Source: a virus
Taxonomy: Duplodnaviria; Caudoviricetes
Direction: 5' to 3' (one strand)
Virus record (IMG/VR): IMGVR_UViG_3300025018_000415
Span: 1-30,471 of that record
DNA length: 30,471 bases
Below, piece by piece: positions 27,901 through 30,471 of this stretch. The notes under the pieces were generated by a model. It was not told where the DNA came from and searched no databases. It saw only the letters and a program-made list of their open reading frames with translations. The translations under genes were made by a program, and so were the position numbers. Within the stretch, counting starts at the first letter, position 1, and every line of letters starts with the position of its first letter.

Positions 27901-30471
27901 TGAAAGAGTTACTAGAGAAATACCCGAAAGACCTTATAAACGCAGTCAGAAACATTGGGAGATGGAAGACAAAGAACGTACAAATAAATGCTGACTTGGC
28001 CAAGGCAATTATCAGGAATGACGAAGTCCGGCACTTCACTGACACAAAGGGAAGTGACTTCATCGAAAGAGCAAAACAGTTCTCGCCCAGTGACAAATAC
28101 TGGAAAGACCTTGGCATGCCGAATATCGAGGGTATGGAGAACCACCCTTATTGGCAATCATTGTCGAACAAAATTGCGTATGACTTCGTCAAAGGCATAG
28201 AGGATACTGGCGTCCCAACTGCAAACATAGAAACGTTGCGGATGCTTCGAGCCTTGGAGCGACCAGAGTTCGTCCTTGATCTTGTCCCCGGCATGTCTCG
28301 CGCAGAGGTGGATCTGGTGGGTGAGCAGGCTCGCCTTTTGGCTTTGGCGGTTCACCGGCAGACGGGTGTCGGTCGCATTATGCGTAACAGAATTAAAAAG
28401 ATCGAGGATGAGCTTGCGGGTATCACGGATACCAAGGCCAAAAGAGCAGCAGCATTGGCATGGATGAAAGAGGTGCGGAAATCCTACAAGGGCATCTACT
28501 CCCTTCGATCGTTTGTGAGTAAGTACGAAGACAGGCTACGAAAACTTTCAGACACGATCTTCGAGGGCGAGACCATCGGGGCCGCAGACATGAAACTCCT
28601 CTACACCCTGACAAAGTCCTCCTCCATGGCCACCTACCGGCTGCGTGCGGAACATCCTCAATGGGTGGTGCCTCTGTCTCAAGAGGCGATGTCGGTATAT
28701 GCCGCCATTGAGCAGGCAGGGGAGAAGGCGTTCAACATCTTTCTCGATAAGGCAAGGCTTGATAATCCGACACTCACGGACGCTGACGCCGCGGTCCTCG
28801 CTGGCCGGTTCCTGGGGATAACCCGCCACGCCGATGCTACGGGGTTCCTGGGGGCAGCGGTGAGCGCGGCTAGGTTCTACCGAGCGAAGGAATCTCTTCC
28901 CGAAGAGTTCGATCCTCTGTTACTGAGAGAGTTGTTCTACACCCAAGACAATCTTCTCAACTACATGAGTAAGGAGACGGCGCTAGGCGTGGACCGGGTA
29001 GTGAGTAAGTACCAGGGCGCGTTGCAGAGGGCGAAAATCTTCCACCAGCGGCGCGTCGCAGAGCCGTACATGAAAGAGTTGATGAAGATTCCCGGATACC
29101 TTACGACAGACTATGGGACCGACCTGAGTAAACTACTACACTATTTCTCTGGCTTCGGTGACCAATACGAGTGGCCTCTTGTGGGTGGGCAACGAACAGA
29201 GTTCGGGGACCTGCTATGGAAGGTCATGGTGGAGCGTCAAGACCTGGACAAATTGTTTTCTGGCCTTGAGAGTGAAGCCCTTAAACTGTCAGACACGTAC
29301 CGCCCTGGTCCTCGTAGCCAAAGATTCCAGATGACTGAGAGAGATTTGCGGCTTGATGGACTGCGGAGATGGAAAGAGTCAATCAAATACTACTGGGGTG
29401 CTGAGGTGAAGGACCCCAAGGTATGGAAAATTGCCTTTGAGGTGCAGCGTATAAGCCAAGTCTGGGATAAGAAGGCAGTAGAGATCTACAACCAACTCAC
29501 TGACAATTTGAACAAGGAGTGGGGCACGAAGTATGCCCATATCCAGTACCAGCCATACCGACTTGATGGCCATATGAGAGCGGAGTTAGACAGGCAGGTA
29601 GAGAACATCGGTGCCAATGCCATGCAGACGATGGGTCTGTCCCAGGCTGGCCGACAGGGGGCCTACGATGCCCTTATGGGCTCGCGACTACTTGGCCGAA
29701 ACATTGAGACCAGTAAGGGTGGGCAGAGGCACAAGATCAGCACCCTGACTTTCAACGATGTTGACGACGTCCGTAACAACTTCCTTCTCTCAAAGGAGCT
29801 TCTTTTCACCCACGCCTACACCCGAGATGCCCTTGTGGAGTTGCGGGAATTGGGGATCAAGTTGAAAGATGGGGGATACGAGAACCACGCGAACGCAGTA
29901 GCGCGGACAGCGTTGCGGCACTATGCCAACATTGCGCCATCCGGGACAAGAAGAATCATTCAAAACCTCGCGAATACCGGTGGGCTCCCCTCGTTCTTGA
30001 TGACCCCTGCCCGTATCGCGGGAGCAGCAATTAACCCATACCAGATGCTATCTACTGTGTACAAAACTGCTGTGGATAACCCGGCACAGGGCATCGTCAT
30101 GATGGCAGGATCCTCGGCTAACACACTTCTTCGGGTACCCACTGACTCGGCGAAGTTCCTCCTTCAGTACCCAATCAGAACGGTATTTAGAGACTTTTCT
30201 ATCAGTAGTCCCAACGAGAAATTGCAGATGATGGGGTTCTATGGGGATATCCCTCCCGAGGCGATCAGGGCTGCGAGGGAGTACACTTTGTCTGCTCAGA
30301 AGGTTGAATATGGGGCCTTCGAGCGAGGCAAGACAATGATAAACTGGAACACAACTCCTCGCTCTCGGGTAGCTTACTGGTGGTCTGGAAAGGTAGGAAA
30401 TGACTTTTTCTCAGAGCAAATATACAAGAGCCTCAAAGAGAACTCAGAGATTCTGGTCAAGGATATTGTGG
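24969..30471 (+). CDS. Giant internal virion / ejection protein, 3' end outside the window (at least 1834 aa)
   Basis: Not in the ORF track because there is no stop before the window end. SD GAGGTG at 24959-24964, ATG at 24969. My manual translation runs MEEEIAIPVEDT ... ELGISIIIPPAAGAVAGARAAKLA ... YKTAVDNPAQG ... YKSLKENSEILVKDIV with no stop found. Helical composition and terminal position match the large DNA-transfer proteins of podoviruses (T7 gp16 role). Confidence 0.85.
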   Translation, partial: MEEEIAIPVEDTEEEIAIPVEDTEEEIAIPVEDTEEEIAIPVEDTEEEEVAIVQEEEELATYDLATDQEEEVDPARQAEWQVWLTAKDRENANLRKLRKDEFLFPRLPDNKGAARALALAEKKLDEKRAALDEVKRYEAGIRAQLAGVPEKEQDVIVQEKLKEFVSSRYTLGGYGDVIARLWQDTKETTSPRDEYKAMIGDKEYPSPLQFIETAFSNPLDPSKWSATVKNPREKLERIVNSDLIRQDGSVNLEAIFHSDMPREWQNQFMAYEAARQTGLPTEIWNDIVEGRYGSLPSEEGGTSAPKRVAQMLDAVVLNAYSNKLGGVDAKIDMLKRITPPYNVAVKRDNGGALVFDMPGTTADGMATDYQGDDPTSPDAQKQLWADFVGYSASMVQDESLSNLADVASMMTELGISIIIPPAAGAVAGARAAKLAAVARRAEKAAHVSRMTKLVNLGVKGAEATPGVLGMAYRAIQGDIPVIATMAKMTPRGRKLAYTVIKNNPRLAGIANAADRLGTIAATHATLGYMGAGEKSKEQAAIGAALFSVPLNISMAVKDSFHYNVLTKYPKAFKQIERATSYDQLSDFSKRLVDSSGMSWDQVKAQNKLFRDNAQLMLDVALRLEQGIISDRNVPEIVDAISRDAGFRKFADEASRATTEDLGVAGRFNKLVVEELVKQLDSFSRDIAGQSGTVASRGTASVDQGAINKLGMQRLKKRIDAISNDVWSDVTKLFAAFDADPYIKPYAIELKNRIEDRGFGRDLAYNRMASQMLQAGIIIRGAKEQGDNALRLLREYSSILANPGPDIKRLRRIQDVERHSSDVTGFVKVADNSDLGYHFELRTTKLPKIAPQPTVRNILANPDAINDILDATNDVLRDYTELGIAYRGSGAPKLSRGVRERIKLLTKREKDFLHETTSSIADSDARIKNLRERASVAWGKARSSLAQANALVKKYGLADQDIMAIHKVFKRRNPPKKKVKELLEKYPKDLINAVRNIGRWKTKNVQINADLAKAIIRNDEVRHFTDTKGSDFIERAKQFSPSDKYWKDLGMPNIEGMENHPYWQSLSNKIAYDFVKGIEDTGVPTANIETLRMLRALERPEFVLDLVPGMSRAEVDLVGEQARLLALAVHRQTGVGRIMRNRIKKIEDELAGITDTKAKRAAALAWMKEVRKSYKGIYSLRSFVSKYEDRLRKLSDTIFEGETIGAADMKLLYTLTKSSSMATYRLRAEHPQWVVPLSQEAMSVYAAIEQAGEKAFNIFLDKARLDNPTLTDADAAVLAGRFLGITRHADATGFLGAAVSAARFYRAKESLPEEFDPLLLRELFYTQDNLLNYMSKETALGVDRVVSKYQGALQRAKIFHQRRVAEPYMKELMKIPGYLTTDYGTDLSKLLHYFSGFGDQYEWPLVGGQRTEFGDLLWKVMVERQDLDKLFSGLESEALKLSDTYRPGPRSQRFQMTERDLRLDGLRRWKESIKYYWGAEVKDPKVWKIAFEVQRISQVWDKKAVEIYNQLTDNLNKEWGTKYAHIQYQPYRLDGHMRAELDRQVENIGANAMQTMGLSQAGRQGAYDALMGSRLLGRNIETSKGGQRHKISTLTFNDVDDVRNNFLLSKELLFTHAYTRDALVELRELGIKLKDGGYENHANAVARTALRHYANIAPSGTRRIIQNLANTGGLPSFLMTPARIAGAAINPYQMLSTVYKTAVDNPAQGIVMMAGSSANTLLRVPTDSAKFLLQYPIRTVFRDFSISSPNEKLQMMGFYGDIPPEAIRAAREYTLSAQKVEYGAFERGKTMINWNTTPRSRVAYWWSGKVGNDFFSEQIYKSLKENSEILVKDIV
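24972..25112 (+). repeat. Coding tandem repeat, 4 x 33 bp plus a 9-bp partial unit, encoding EEEIAIPVEDT
   Basis: GAAGAGGAAATCGCAATCCCCGTCGAAGACACT at 24972 and 25005 (identical), 25038 (GAA to GAG) and 25071 (GAA to GAG, ATC to ATT), then GAAGAGGAA. Confidence 0.97.

Larger units (their letters stand above)
1..30471 (+). mobile_element. Bacteriophage (Caudoviricetes, podovirus-like) packaging, head, tail and ejection-protein module
   Basis: Co-oriented, near gap-free genes in the order terminase-portal-scaffold-capsid-adaptor-nozzle-internal proteins, as in P22/T7-type short-tailed phages. No tail sheath, major tail tube or host housekeeping gene was recognised. No integrase or att site is in the window, so free phage versus prophage is undetermined. 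Confidence 0.93.

Noticed and set aside
1-30471. Genome-wide stop-codon reassignment
   Set aside because: Genes are full length and tile the window under the standard code.
24969-30471. Giant ORF as a virion RNA polymerase (N4- or crAss-like)
   Set aside because: No DxDGD-type or other polymerase motif was found in the part I translated; cannot be excluded for sequence beyond the window.

Overview
The window is the virion-morphogenesis module of a tailed dsDNA bacteriophage with a podovirus-type (short-tail) gene layout. All credible genes are on the + strand and tightly packed, with ATGA or TAATG overlaps and clear Shine-Dalgarno (SD) sites. The order is: terminase large subunit, small membrane-anchored protein, portal, scaffold, major capsid, HNH-family gene 1, probable capsid-accessory beta protein, HNH-family gene 2, two small virion/assembly proteins, an enlarged head-tail adaptor, an enlarged (1804 aa) tail nozzle, a small tail protein, and six putative internal/ejection proteins. 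The last of these (24969 to beyond 30471, at least 1834 aa) is absent from the supplied ORF track because it has no stop codon in the window; it begins with four 33-bp tandem repeats. The most notable signals are: (i) a cUACGg-capped hairpin that buries the SD of HNH gene 1 and overlaps a sigma70-like promoter whose transcript would lack the hairpin's 5' arm; (ii) a shared C-terminal K-x-D-T-x-W-D-F motif on two otherwise differently built HNH proteins; (iii) a canonical EF-hand loop in a putative ejection protein; (iv) large insertions in capsid, adaptor and nozzle; (v) a lone amber stop that is in frame between a membrane-anchored ORF and the portal. Product calls come from motif recognition and gene order only; no database search or folding program was run, and the host cannot be determined.
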